From positions 1-16,705 of the forward strand of contig JBFMGU010000232.1 of NCBI GenBank assembly GCA_040752415.1: DNA of 16,705 nucleotides, given 5' to 3'. Positions 1 to 7,234 of this stretch are shown here, piece after piece (the first letter of the stretch is position 1; each line of letters opens with the position of its first letter). The DNA comes from Myxococcota bacterium. GTDB taxonomy: Bacteria; Myxococcota; JACRCW01. The notes below the pieces were generated by a model that was not told the DNA's origin, did no database searches, and was given only the letters and a program-made list of their open reading frames with translations. Both the position numbers and the translations under genes were made by a program.

Positions 1-41
1 GGCGCGGAGGAGTACCGCGGTAATCGTAGCAGCCGCGAATC

Positions 42-79
42 AAATGGGACCCGCGGTGGGATTTCCCGTTTTTCTTTCT
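42..79 (+). terminator. Possible intrinsic terminator
   Basis: Imperfect hairpin AAATGGGA-CCC-gcggt-GGG-att-TCCCGTTT running into a T-rich tract (TTTTTCTTTCT, 69-79). It lies shortly after a TAA at 21-23 that may end an upstream gene outside the window. Confidence 0.4.
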
Positions 80-163
80 CAACCCAACAGCAAGGAGCAC
101 CACGACGGAACACGGAAGAACGAAACGAAAGACGGAAGGCGGAAGGCAGGCGGTACCGAAGAG

Positions 164-530
164 ATGAGAAAGACGAAGCGGGTACCAGACGAGCCAACGC
201 CGAACGAGAAAATTCGAGACAGGTACCAGCGACGCGACTCGCGCTCGCGACGCACCCGTCCGCTCAGCGGCCTCACTGTCACAACCCGGACGTCCACGAA
301 ATGCGAAGCGCGAAGCGGGTCCCGGGCGAGCCGCGCCAACGGATGACAACGAGACGGTGGCCCAGCCGACGCGATTCGCGCTCGCGACGCGCCCGTCCCC
401 TCCGCGGGCTGACTGTGAGAACCCGGATTTCCGCGAGGCGTGAAACGCGAAGCGGGTGCGCGCGCGCCACGTCTCAGCCGGAATCAGACGGTGGTCACAG
501 CGACGCGGTTCCGTCGCGCAACGCGTCGTC
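164..530. repeat. Diverged tandem repeat, 137-bp period, about 2.7 copies
   Basis: CGAAGCGGGT occurs at 174, 311 and 448 (spacing 137, 137). CGACGCG occurs at 230, 367 and 501. Segments 230-300 and 367-437 align without gaps at 59/71 identity. Confidence 0.85.
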
Positions 531-601
531 CTGGCCGTTCCCATGGACTCCCGAATCCCTACCGCTTGTCATCCCGCCGCGGCGGACGGCACAGTGGCGA
601 C

Positions 602-2233
602 ATGGTCGCTTGTCGTGTGTTGACGTTGGGCAGCATGCTCCTGCTCACCGCGTGCCCCTGGCTGGAGGAGAAGGCCTCCCCGCCCATGGACCCCTGTCCG
701 CCTCCCGGCGCCCGCCCCAGCGACGACGGACGCGCGCGCATCTGGCAACGCGGCCCCGGCTGCACCGACCTCTGGCTCGACGAGAAGGTGAGCTACCCGG
801 TGGCGCGTCCGCAGGACCTGCCGCTGGTGTCGTCGGGGGAGGCGGGTTTCGAGGCGTTGGCGCAGGAGGGGGAGCAGCACTGGTACTTCACGGCGCAATT
901 GGAGGGTGAGCCGTTTGGCGTGCCCGCCGAGCTGATGGACGCGTGGATTGGCAACCGTCCCGTCGAGGACGTGGACGCGCTGTTCGAGACGCTGGAGGAC
1001 GTCTGGCACACGGGGCTCGTCCACATCCCGGGCGAGGAGCTCCCGCGGGGGTTGGTGCGCATCAATGAGCCGGAAGCGCTGGCCACGCAGAACTGCAGCG
1101 CGTGTCACAGCGGCGTGGTGAAGGGGAAGCTCTTCGCCGGCGTGGGGAACAAGTGGTACGACCAGAAGCAGCTCATCCGGTTCGCGCGGGCCATGATGGA
1201 GGACGGGCTGCCGGAGCCCGGAGTCGACGACGAGCTGCGCGCCCGGATCGAGCGGCAGATGGCCAAGCTGGACCGCTACGACGCGCTCTACGGCAACGGC
1301 TGCGCGGACCTGGGTCCCGGCATGATCACCGCGGCGCGCATCTGGGAGATCAGCAGCAAGCTCCTCACCGACCCGGCGCAGCTGGCGGACCCGGCACAGG
1401 CCCCGCGCTTCCTGTGCGGCGCCACCAAGCCGCCGCCGCTCAACACCGTGCGCTTCCGCAACCAGCTGTTCTGGGACGGGAGCGTGAGCACGTTGTGGGT
1501 CACCCACTGGCCCATGTTCGACTTCTTCGGTTTCGATGATTACCAGCGCTGGTCCAACAAGGTCGTGACGCGGGAGATCCAGGCCATGGACGCGTTCATC
1601 ATCTTCAAGAGCCCGTCCCCGACGTGGGAGGAGGTGATGGACACCGCGGTGGACGCAACCGCCGCGGCGCGGGGCATGGAGATCTTCCACCGCCAGGACC
1701 TGTGCGCGTCCTGCCACGGCAGCTACGCGGCGGACGGGATGCTCACCTCGTTCTCACCTTCCACCACGCCGCTGGAGCTGATTCGCACCGACGTGGAGCG
1801 CGCCGTGGCCGCCACCGACGAGGTCCTGCAGCAGTTCACGCAGTACCAGTGGGTGCAGGTCCCCCGGCTGGAGCACGCGGAGGGTTTCGCGCCGGGCTAC
1901 GCCGCCATGCCGCTGTGCAGCACGTTCCTGAACTTTCCCTACCTGCACACCGCGGGGGTGGCCAATCTCATGGAGCTGCTCACCGAGGAGACCGCGCGCA
2001 GCCCCTCCTACTGGCAGAGCGACGTCACCGACGACGAGAACGTGGGCTTCTTCACCAGCGTGGACCCGCCGGACACGCGCGGCGTGGCGCCGGAGCCCCG
2101 GGTGGTGCAGCGCACCTTCCGCCCCGAGCTGGTGCACGGCCACTCCGGGGAGCGCTTTGGCACCGGGCTTTCCCTCGAGGAGAAGCGCGACCTGCTGGAG
2201 TACCTGAAGTCGCTGCGCTGCCCGTCGTGGTGA
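602..2233 (+). CDS. Di-heme c-type cytochrome lipoprotein, RoxA-like (CcP/MauG superfamily), 543 aa
   Basis: ATG 602 gives a lipoprotein signal (MVACRVLTLGSMLLLTA-C). Two CxxCH motifs: CSACH (1094-1108) and CASCH (1703-1717). MauG-like motif variant PYLHTAGV (1937-1960). C-terminus GH..FG..LSxEEKxDLLEYLKSL is typical of the family. Strong G/C bias at third codon positions. Confidence 0.8.
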   Translation: MVACRVLTLGSMLLLTACPWLEEKASPPMDPCPPPGARPSDDGRARIWQRGPGCTDLWLDEKVSYPVARPQDLPLVSSGEAGFEALAQEGEQHWYFTAQLEGEPFGVPAELMDAWIGNRPVEDVDALFETLEDVWHTGLVHIPGEELPRGLVRINEPEALATQNCSACHSGVVKGKLFAGVGNKWYDQKQLIRFARAMMEDGLPEPGVDDELRARIERQMAKLDRYDALYGNGCADLGPGMITAARIWEISSKLLTDPAQLADPAQAPRFLCGATKPPPLNTVRFRNQLFWDGSVSTLWVTHWPMFDFFGFDDYQRWSNKVVTREIQAMDAFIIFKSPSPTWEEVMDTAVDATAAARGMEIFHRQDLCASCHGSYAADGMLTSFSPSTTPLELIRTDVERAVAATDEVLQQFTQYQWVQVPRLEHAEGFAPGYAAMPLCSTFLNFPYLHTAGVANLMELLTEETARSPSYWQSDVTDDENVGFFTSVDPPDTRGVAPEPRVVQRTFRPELVHGHSGERFGTGLSLEEKRDLLEYLKSLRCPSW

Positions 2234-2340
2234 CGGGGCGGGGCCGGCTGGCTTCACACTTCCGCAACATCCCGGGCGAGTCGCTCCGGTGGGGCCGGCA
2301 TCCCAGGGCGGTGCAGGATGGTTCCGTGACGGAGGTCCGC

Positions 2341-3456
2341 ATGTCCGAGCTCTTCCCTCTCCAGGCCGCGGCCCCGGCTGTCGCTCCCCCGCGGAGCAGA
2401 CGTGTGCTGCCGCAGCTGGGCGCCCATCCCACCGGGCTGCGGCTGGAGCGCATCCAGTCCTCGCCGCGGTTCATCCAGGGGGTGGCGCAGAATCCCGTCG
2501 CCACGGAGATGCTGCGCGACGTGCGCAAGATGCTGCCGCTGGTGCGCGAGTACTTCCAGGGGCGCCGCGAGCAGGAGCCCAGCGCGCCCTTGCCGGTGGT
2601 GAGGCCGGACCTTTCCCGCGCCACCGCACGCGCGCCCGGTGTGCGGGTGACCTGGCTGGGGCACAGCACCATGCTCGTCAACGTCGACGGCCACCTGGTG
2701 CTCACCGACCCGGTGTTCTCCCGGCGTGCCTCACCCTTCCAGTGGTCCGGCCCCGCGCGCTTCCATCCCACGCCGCTCACCATCGACGAGCTGCCGCCGC
2801 TGGACGCGGTGCTCATCTCCCATGATCACTACGACCACCTCGATCACCTCTCGGTGTTGCAGCTGGCACGACGGGGACATCGCTTCGTGACGGCGTTGGG
2901 GGTGGGCGCGCACCTGGAGGCGTGGGGCGTTCCCGCCGAGCGCATCGTCGAGCTGGACTGGTGGGAATCGGTGGACCTGGGCGGGCTCAACCTGGTGGCG
3001 GCGCCGGCGCGACACTTCAGCGGGCGCACCTCCGCCGGCGGGAACCGCACGCTCTGGGCCTCCTGGGCGTTGGTGGGCGCGCGCCATCGCGTCTGGTTCT
3101 CCGGCGACACCGGCCCCTTCGACGGGGTGCGCGAGATCGGCGCGCGCCTCGGTCCCTTTGACCTGACCATGATCGAGACCGGTGCGCATCATCCCGCGTG
3201 GGGCAACATCCACCTCGGCCCCGACGAGGCGGCGCGCATGCACGGCCTGGTCCGCGGTGGCGCGCTGCTGCCGGTGCACTGGGGCACCTTCAACCTGGCC
3301 CTGCACGCCTGGGATGAACCGATTGTGCGGATGCAGCAGCTGGCCGAGCAGCAGTCCATTCCGCTGTTGGCGCCGGTGGCAGGGGAGACGGTGGACCCGC
3401 GCGCGCCCGCCGTGGCCGCGCCGTGGCGGGAGCGGTTGCGGTTGCGCTCGCGCTGA
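2341..3456 (+). CDS. MBL-fold metallo-hydrolase (RomA/NAPE-PLD-like), 371 aa
   Basis: SD GGAGG at 2331-2335 before ATG 2341. Motifs VTWLGHST, LTDPVFS, SHDHYDHLD (HxHxDH), PARHFSGR, FSGDTG and PVHWGTF. Confidence 0.92.
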   Translation: MSELFPLQAAAPAVAPPRSRRVLPQLGAHPTGLRLERIQSSPRFIQGVAQNPVATEMLRDVRKMLPLVREYFQGRREQEPSAPLPVVRPDLSRATARAPGVRVTWLGHSTMLVNVDGHLVLTDPVFSRRASPFQWSGPARFHPTPLTIDELPPLDAVLISHDHYDHLDHLSVLQLARRGHRFVTALGVGAHLEAWGVPAERIVELDWWESVDLGGLNLVAAPARHFSGRTSAGGNRTLWASWALVGARHRVWFSGDTGPFDGVREIGARLGPFDLTMIETGAHHPAWGNIHLGPDEAARMHGLVRGGALLPVHWGTFNLALHAWDEPIVRMQQLAEQQSIPLLAPVAGETVDPRAPAVAAPWRERLRLRSR

Positions 3457-3463
3457 CCGCGGG

Positions 3464-4006
3464 TCAACGGCCCAGCACACGCTCCAGCACAATGCGGAAC
3501 CACGGCGTGTAGCGCTCCGGGTGCGCCACCACGTCCTGGCGCAGCGCTTCCGGCTCCATCCACTTCCAGCCGTCGGCCTCGGCGGGGTTGGGATGCGGCT
3601 CCCCGTCGTAGCGGCCGAACAGGACGTGGTCGTACTCGTGCTCGGTCAGGCCGCTCTGCGCGTCGTGGGCGCGGTAGACGAAGCTGAACTGCTCGGTGAG
3701 TGGCACGTCAAAGCCCATCTCCTCCTGCAGCCGGTTGCGCGCGAACTCGAGGAGACCGTAGTCGGGGTGCGGGTGGCTGCAGCAGGTGTTCGTCCACAGT
3801 CCGCCAAAGTGGTACTTGCTGGCCGCCCGACGCTGCAGCATCACCTGGCCCTGGGAATTGAACACGAAGATGGAGAAGGCGCGGTGCAGCTTGCCGCCGT
3901 CCTCGTGGGCCTTGAGCTTGTCCGCCGTGCCGAGCGGCTGGTCGCGGTCGTCCACCAGGATGACAACGTCGGTGGAGCGGGGAACGGGGCGGGTGGCGGT
4001 GTTCAT
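3464..4006 (-). CDS. idi: Isopentenyl-diphosphate delta-isomerase, type 1 (Nudix fold), 180 aa
   Basis: KLKAH, LHRAFSIFVFN, LQRRA..KY, WTNTCCSHP (catalytic Cys), RLQEEMG, EHEYDHV and YTPWF signatures. Confidence 0.96.
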   Translation of the reverse strand: MNTATRPVPRSTDVVILVDDRDQPLGTADKLKAHEDGGKLHRAFSIFVFNSQGQVMLQRRAASKYHFGGLWTNTCCSHPHPDYGLLEFARNRLQEEMGFDVPLTEQFSFVYRAHDAQSGLTEHEYDHVLFGRYDGEPHPNPAEADGWKWMEPEALRQDVVAHPERYTPWFRIVLERVLGR

Positions 4007-4143
4007 GGTAGGCAGTCCTGGCGCACAAGCGCGCGGGCGTCAAATGTCCGCGCGAGCGGAGCCTTGGCCGCATGCGGAGGCCGGCGGTGCGGAGGGCAGG
4101 CGCTTTCGCCTAGCGTGAGGCGCGGCGGGGGCCGGAAGAAGGA

Positions 4144-5217
4144 ATGGCCAGGCAAGTGTTCACACCCGGTTGGTCCCTGCCGCTGTCGTCGCTGCCCGTG
4201 GGGTGGCGCTGGGTGATGGCGTTGTTGCCCACCGTGGTGGTGCTGGCCAGCCGCCCGTGGATGCCCGCGGTGCTGAAGCAGACTCCCGCCGTGCTCCACT
4301 ACCCGCCGGTCCTGTTGGCGGCGTGGCTGGGCGGTCTGGGGCCGGGGGTGACCAGCACGCTGGCGTGTACGGTGTACTCCGTGTTGGTCCTGCGTCCGCA
4401 CCTGCTCTCCGCGCCGCTGGACGACGTTCCGGGCCTGCTGCGCACCGGCATGTTCCTGGTGACGTCGGTGGGGTTCAGCGCGCTGGTGGCCGGTCTGCAG
4501 CAGGCGGTGCGTCAGGCCGCGCGGGCGGTGGCCCTGCGTGACGAGTTCATCACCCTGGCCTCCCATGAGCTGCGCACCCCGCTGACCACCATGCGGCTCA
4601 ACCTCTACAACACGCGCCGGCTGCTGGGCATGCCGGTTGACGACGAGGCCATCAAGGCGCGCACCACCAAGCTCGTCGACGGACTGGACCGCCAGCTCAC
4701 CCGCCTGGAGCGCCTCATCCTGGACATGTTCGACGTCTCGATGCTGGAGTCCGGCATGAAGCTGAGCCCCGAGCCGTTGGATCTGGCGGCGCTGGGTGAG
4801 TCGCTGGCACCCAAGGCCGCGGCGGTGGGCTCGGTGCTGAGCGTACGCGTCACGGGGCCGGTGGAGGGGAGCTGGGATCGGCGCTGGGTGCAGCAGCTGG
4901 TGGCCAACCTCCTGGACAACGCCATCAAGTATGGGCAGGGCCGGCCGGTGGACGTGGAGGTGCTGCAGCAGGATGGCCAGGTGCACGTGGTGGTGCAGGA
5001 CCACGGCGTGGGCATTGCTCCCGAGGACCGGCAGCGCATCTTCGAGAAGTTCGCGCGGGTCAGCCCGCCGGGACTGGAGCCCGGGCTGGGCCTGGGTTTG
5101 TACGTGGCGGACCAGACCGCGCGGCTGCACGGGGGCCGGATCGACGTGGAGAGCACGCTGGGCGCGGGCACCCGTTTCACGGTGGTGCTGCCCCGCACGG
5201 TGCCGGTGCCGCGCTGA
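4144..5217 (+). CDS. Membrane sensor histidine kinase (DUF4118-like TM sensor, HisKA, HATPase_c), 357 aa
   Basis: About four hydrophobic N-terminal segments (including PVLLAAWLGGLGPG). H-box ASHELRTPLT, N-box NLLDNAIKY, G1 DHGVGI, F-box IFEKF, G2 GLGLGL. Confidence 0.93.
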   Translation: MARQVFTPGWSLPLSSLPVGWRWVMALLPTVVVLASRPWMPAVLKQTPAVLHYPPVLLAAWLGGLGPGVTSTLACTVYSVLVLRPHLLSAPLDDVPGLLRTGMFLVTSVGFSALVAGLQQAVRQAARAVALRDEFITLASHELRTPLTTMRLNLYNTRRLLGMPVDDEAIKARTTKLVDGLDRQLTRLERLILDMFDVSMLESGMKLSPEPLDLAALGESLAPKAAAVGSVLSVRVTGPVEGSWDRRWVQQLVANLLDNAIKYGQGRPVDVEVLQQDGQVHVVVQDHGVGIAPEDRQRIFEKFARVSPPGLEPGLGLGLYVADQTARLHGGRIDVESTLGAGTRFTVVLPRTVPVPR

Positions 5218-5298
5218 CCGGCGGGTACGGCAGGACACCACGCAGACCCTCCTCAACAGGGCGCCCGGTTACGCCACCACCCACATCCACTCCGCGGC

Positions 5299-7143
5299 CT
5301 ACGGGACGGTCACCGCGCTGGCCGGAAGGATCTGCTTGGACACCCCGGGACCCGCCCAGGACAGCTGCGCCACGGCGTTGAACTCCGCGTCAAAGTAATC
5401 CATCTGCAACACGTGGCCCTCCCCGGCGGTGAGCGGCACGGATGCGCTGGTCTCGGTGGCGGATTGTTCCGCCCAGCGCGTGATGACCTGCTGCCCGTCG
5501 ACGGAGAGGCGCACGCCGTCGTCGGTGTAGGTGAAGAACGTCCAGGTGCCGGAGCTGGGAACCGTCAACGTGGCGGTAAAGCGCGCGCTGAAATGGTCGG
5601 CGGCGAGGGCGGGGTGGGGCTCGTCGCGACCCCAGTTGAAGTTCACCGTCGGCGTCACCTCCGTGATCACCGGCGCGCCAGTCAGGTTCTCGTTGTCGAA
5701 GTACTGCGCGCGGAATCCGTGTTGGGCCCCGTCGTTGGACAGCAGCACGCCCACGGTCTGGGAGGCCGGCGCGGGGTTGTCCTCCTCATCCAGCGCCAGG
5801 AGGGCAAAGTAGTAGACGGAGTCCTGCGGCAGGCTGGAGAGGGAGATGGTCTGCACCGTGCCGGCAGGCTCGGGCGCGTCGGTGGTGAGCGCGGCGGCGA
5901 GGTACCAGTTGGCGCGGGTGATGGGCGCGTTGAAGATGCGCAGGTCGTAGCGGGTGGCGGTGCCCTCGAATCCGTCGTCACCGGGGGCCACGAAGGTCAG
6001 GTCCACCCCGTTGTTGCCCACCCGCTCCAGCGTCAGCGTGTCGACAACGGCGGGCGGCGTGACGTCCTCGGTGTATGGCCCCGCGGAGCTGAGCTGGCTG
6101 GTGGGAATCACCGTGGCCACCGGGTTGCCCACGGTTGCCCAGGCGAGTCTCACGTCCGCCTGCTGGGTGTACTCCACGTACTCCAGGCGGATGCGCACGG
6201 GACGGTCCTCCTGGAAGGCAAACGGGGCCGTCCCGTCGTTGGTCGCATTGTGGGTCCACTGGTTGATGAGCAGCCGCCCGTCCACCCAGAGCCGTGCGCC
6301 GTTGTTGCTCTGCACATTCAGGGAATACACGCCGGTGGTGGGAGCCCACACGTGGCCCATCCAACGCACCGTGAAGTTGTCGGCGGGCACGCCCGTTGCG
6401 GGGACGGAGACGCCCCAGTCAAAATCGACGTCGGGGTCCACCCCCTGCAGCTGCAGTGAATCGAAGGAGGTCCCGGCGTAGTACCAGGCCGCCAGCCCGT
6501 CCCCCACCGGCAACCCCGACGACGAGCTGGACGACGAGCTGGACGACGACGAGCTGGACGACGACGTGCTGGATGACGACGAGCTGGACGATGACGACGC
6601 GCCGGAGGTCGACGAGCTCGAGGAGCTGGAGCCGGTGGACGCGCTGCTGCTGGTAGGAGACGAGCTGACCGCGGCCGAGCTGCTGGTGGTGGTACCGCTG
6701 CTGGTGGCGCTCGCGGAGGATGACGTCGCGGAGGTGCTGGTGCCGCTGGTGATCCCACCGGATGATGACGTGGCGTTGTTGGACGTGGACGAGCTGGTGC
6801 TGGTGGAGCCGACGGTGCTGGCAGCGGAGGAGGAACTGGCGGAGGTGGCGGAGCCGCTGTTTGGGGCGGAAGTGGTGGTGCCCACTCCCGACGAGGAGGA
6901 ATGGCTGGAACCGCCCAGGCTGCTGCTGTGCGCTGCGCCGCTGCTGGTCCCGCCCAGCACCGCCTCGCGACACCGGCCATCCGCACACGTCATGCCGCTG
7001 CCGCAGTCCGCGTCGGCGTTGCACAGGCGCACGCAGCGGTTGCCCTCCTGGACCTCGTTGTCGGCGCATTCCAGGCACGCGGTGGCACCCACCAGGGTCC
7101 ACGCCATCACGGCTGGCAGCGCCACTTTCCGGATCGTGTCCAC
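5299..7143 (-). CDS. Lipoprotein: Cys-rich N-terminus, Ser/Thr-rich linker, PA14, FN3-like domain, PA14 (about 614 aa)
   Basis: GTG 7143 gives signal MDTIRKVALPAVMAWTLVGATA-C. PA14 signatures GLAAWYY..VDFDWG..DNFTVRWMG and GFRAQYF..VNFNWG..DHFSARF..TDDGVRL. FN3-like segment APGDDG..GTATRYDLR..YYFALLALDE. The ORF track starts at 7236, so the start is inferred. Confidence 0.85.
   Translation of the reverse strand: MDTIRKVALPAVMAWTLVGATACLECADNEVQEGNRCVRLCNADADCGSGMTCADGRCREAVLGGTSSGAAHSSSLGGSSHSSSSGVGTTTSAPNSGSATSASSSSAASTVGSTSTSSSTSNNATSSSGGITSGTSTSATSSSASATSSGTTTSSSAAVSSSPTSSSASTGSSSSSSSTSGASSSSSSSSSSTSSSSSSSSSSSSSSSSGLPVGDGLAAWYYAGTSFDSLQLQGVDPDVDFDWGVSVPATGVPADNFTVRWMGHVWAPTTGVYSLNVQSNNGARLWVDGRLLINQWTHNATNDGTAPFAFQEDRPVRIRLEYVEYTQQADVRLAWATVGNPVATVIPTSQLSSAGPYTEDVTPPAVVDTLTLERVGNNGVDLTFVAPGDDGFEGTATRYDLRIFNAPITRANWYLAAALTTDAPEPAGTVQTISLSSLPQDSVYYFALLALDEEDNPAPASQTVGVLLSNDGAQHGFRAQYFDNENLTGAPVITEVTPTVNFNWGRDEPHPALAADHFSARFTATLTVPSSGTWTFFTYTDDGVRLSVDGQQVITRWAEQSATETSASVPLTAGEGHVLQMDYFDAEFNAVAQLSWAGPGVSKQILPASAVTVP
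6518..6955 (-). repeat. Low-complexity poly-Ser/Thr coding tract with short tandem repeats
   Basis: Plus strand (GAC)2-3-GAGCTG units are repeated at about 6518-6600. The tract encodes roughly 140 aa dominated by S/T, including an uninterrupted poly-Ser run. Confidence 0.9.
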
Positions 7144-7149
7144 GTCGAG

Positions 7150-7155
7150 AGCATA
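7150..7155 (-). promoter_or_regulatory. Putative -10 box of a leaderless transcript
   Basis: Minus strand reads TATGCT-ctcgac-GTG: a TANNNT hexamer 6 nt before the inferred start at 7143, with no SD. No convincing -35 box. Confidence 0.4.
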
Positions 7156-7234
7156 GCGCGCGCAGCGAACGGCGTCTCGGAGCAGTGGGAAAACGTCTCC
7201 GGGGGACGCGGCACGGTTCACCCGCCCCCCGGCC

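Noticed and set aside
1..23. 3' end of an upstream CDS (..RGGVPR-stop)
   Set aside because: Too short to support; only the following hairpin and T tract hint at it.
280..460. HDV-like or hammerhead ribozyme (TCCACG, GCGAA and CTGA..GAAA words)
   Set aside because: The required P1/P3 pairings and the CUGANGA core cannot be built from the sequence.
164..530. CRISPR array or integron attC array
   Set aside because: Period of 137 bp with similarity spread across the unit rather than short identical repeats with unique spacers. No cas or intI gene, and no cassette ORFs between units.
44..909. ORFs 44-346, 79-339, 279-470, 301-909 and the 440-601 extension of the cytochrome ORF
   Set aside because: Arg-rich translations of the non-coding repeat that change frame between copies. 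The lipoprotein signal places the real start at 602.
1624..2340. N-terminal extension making the MBL ORF 610 aa
   Set aside because: Overlaps the cytochrome gene out of frame; SD and ATG at 2341 mark the true start.
6566..7156. Acidic DDDEL-repeat ORF on the plus strand
   Set aside because: Antisense shadow of the poly-Ser linker of the PA14 gene.
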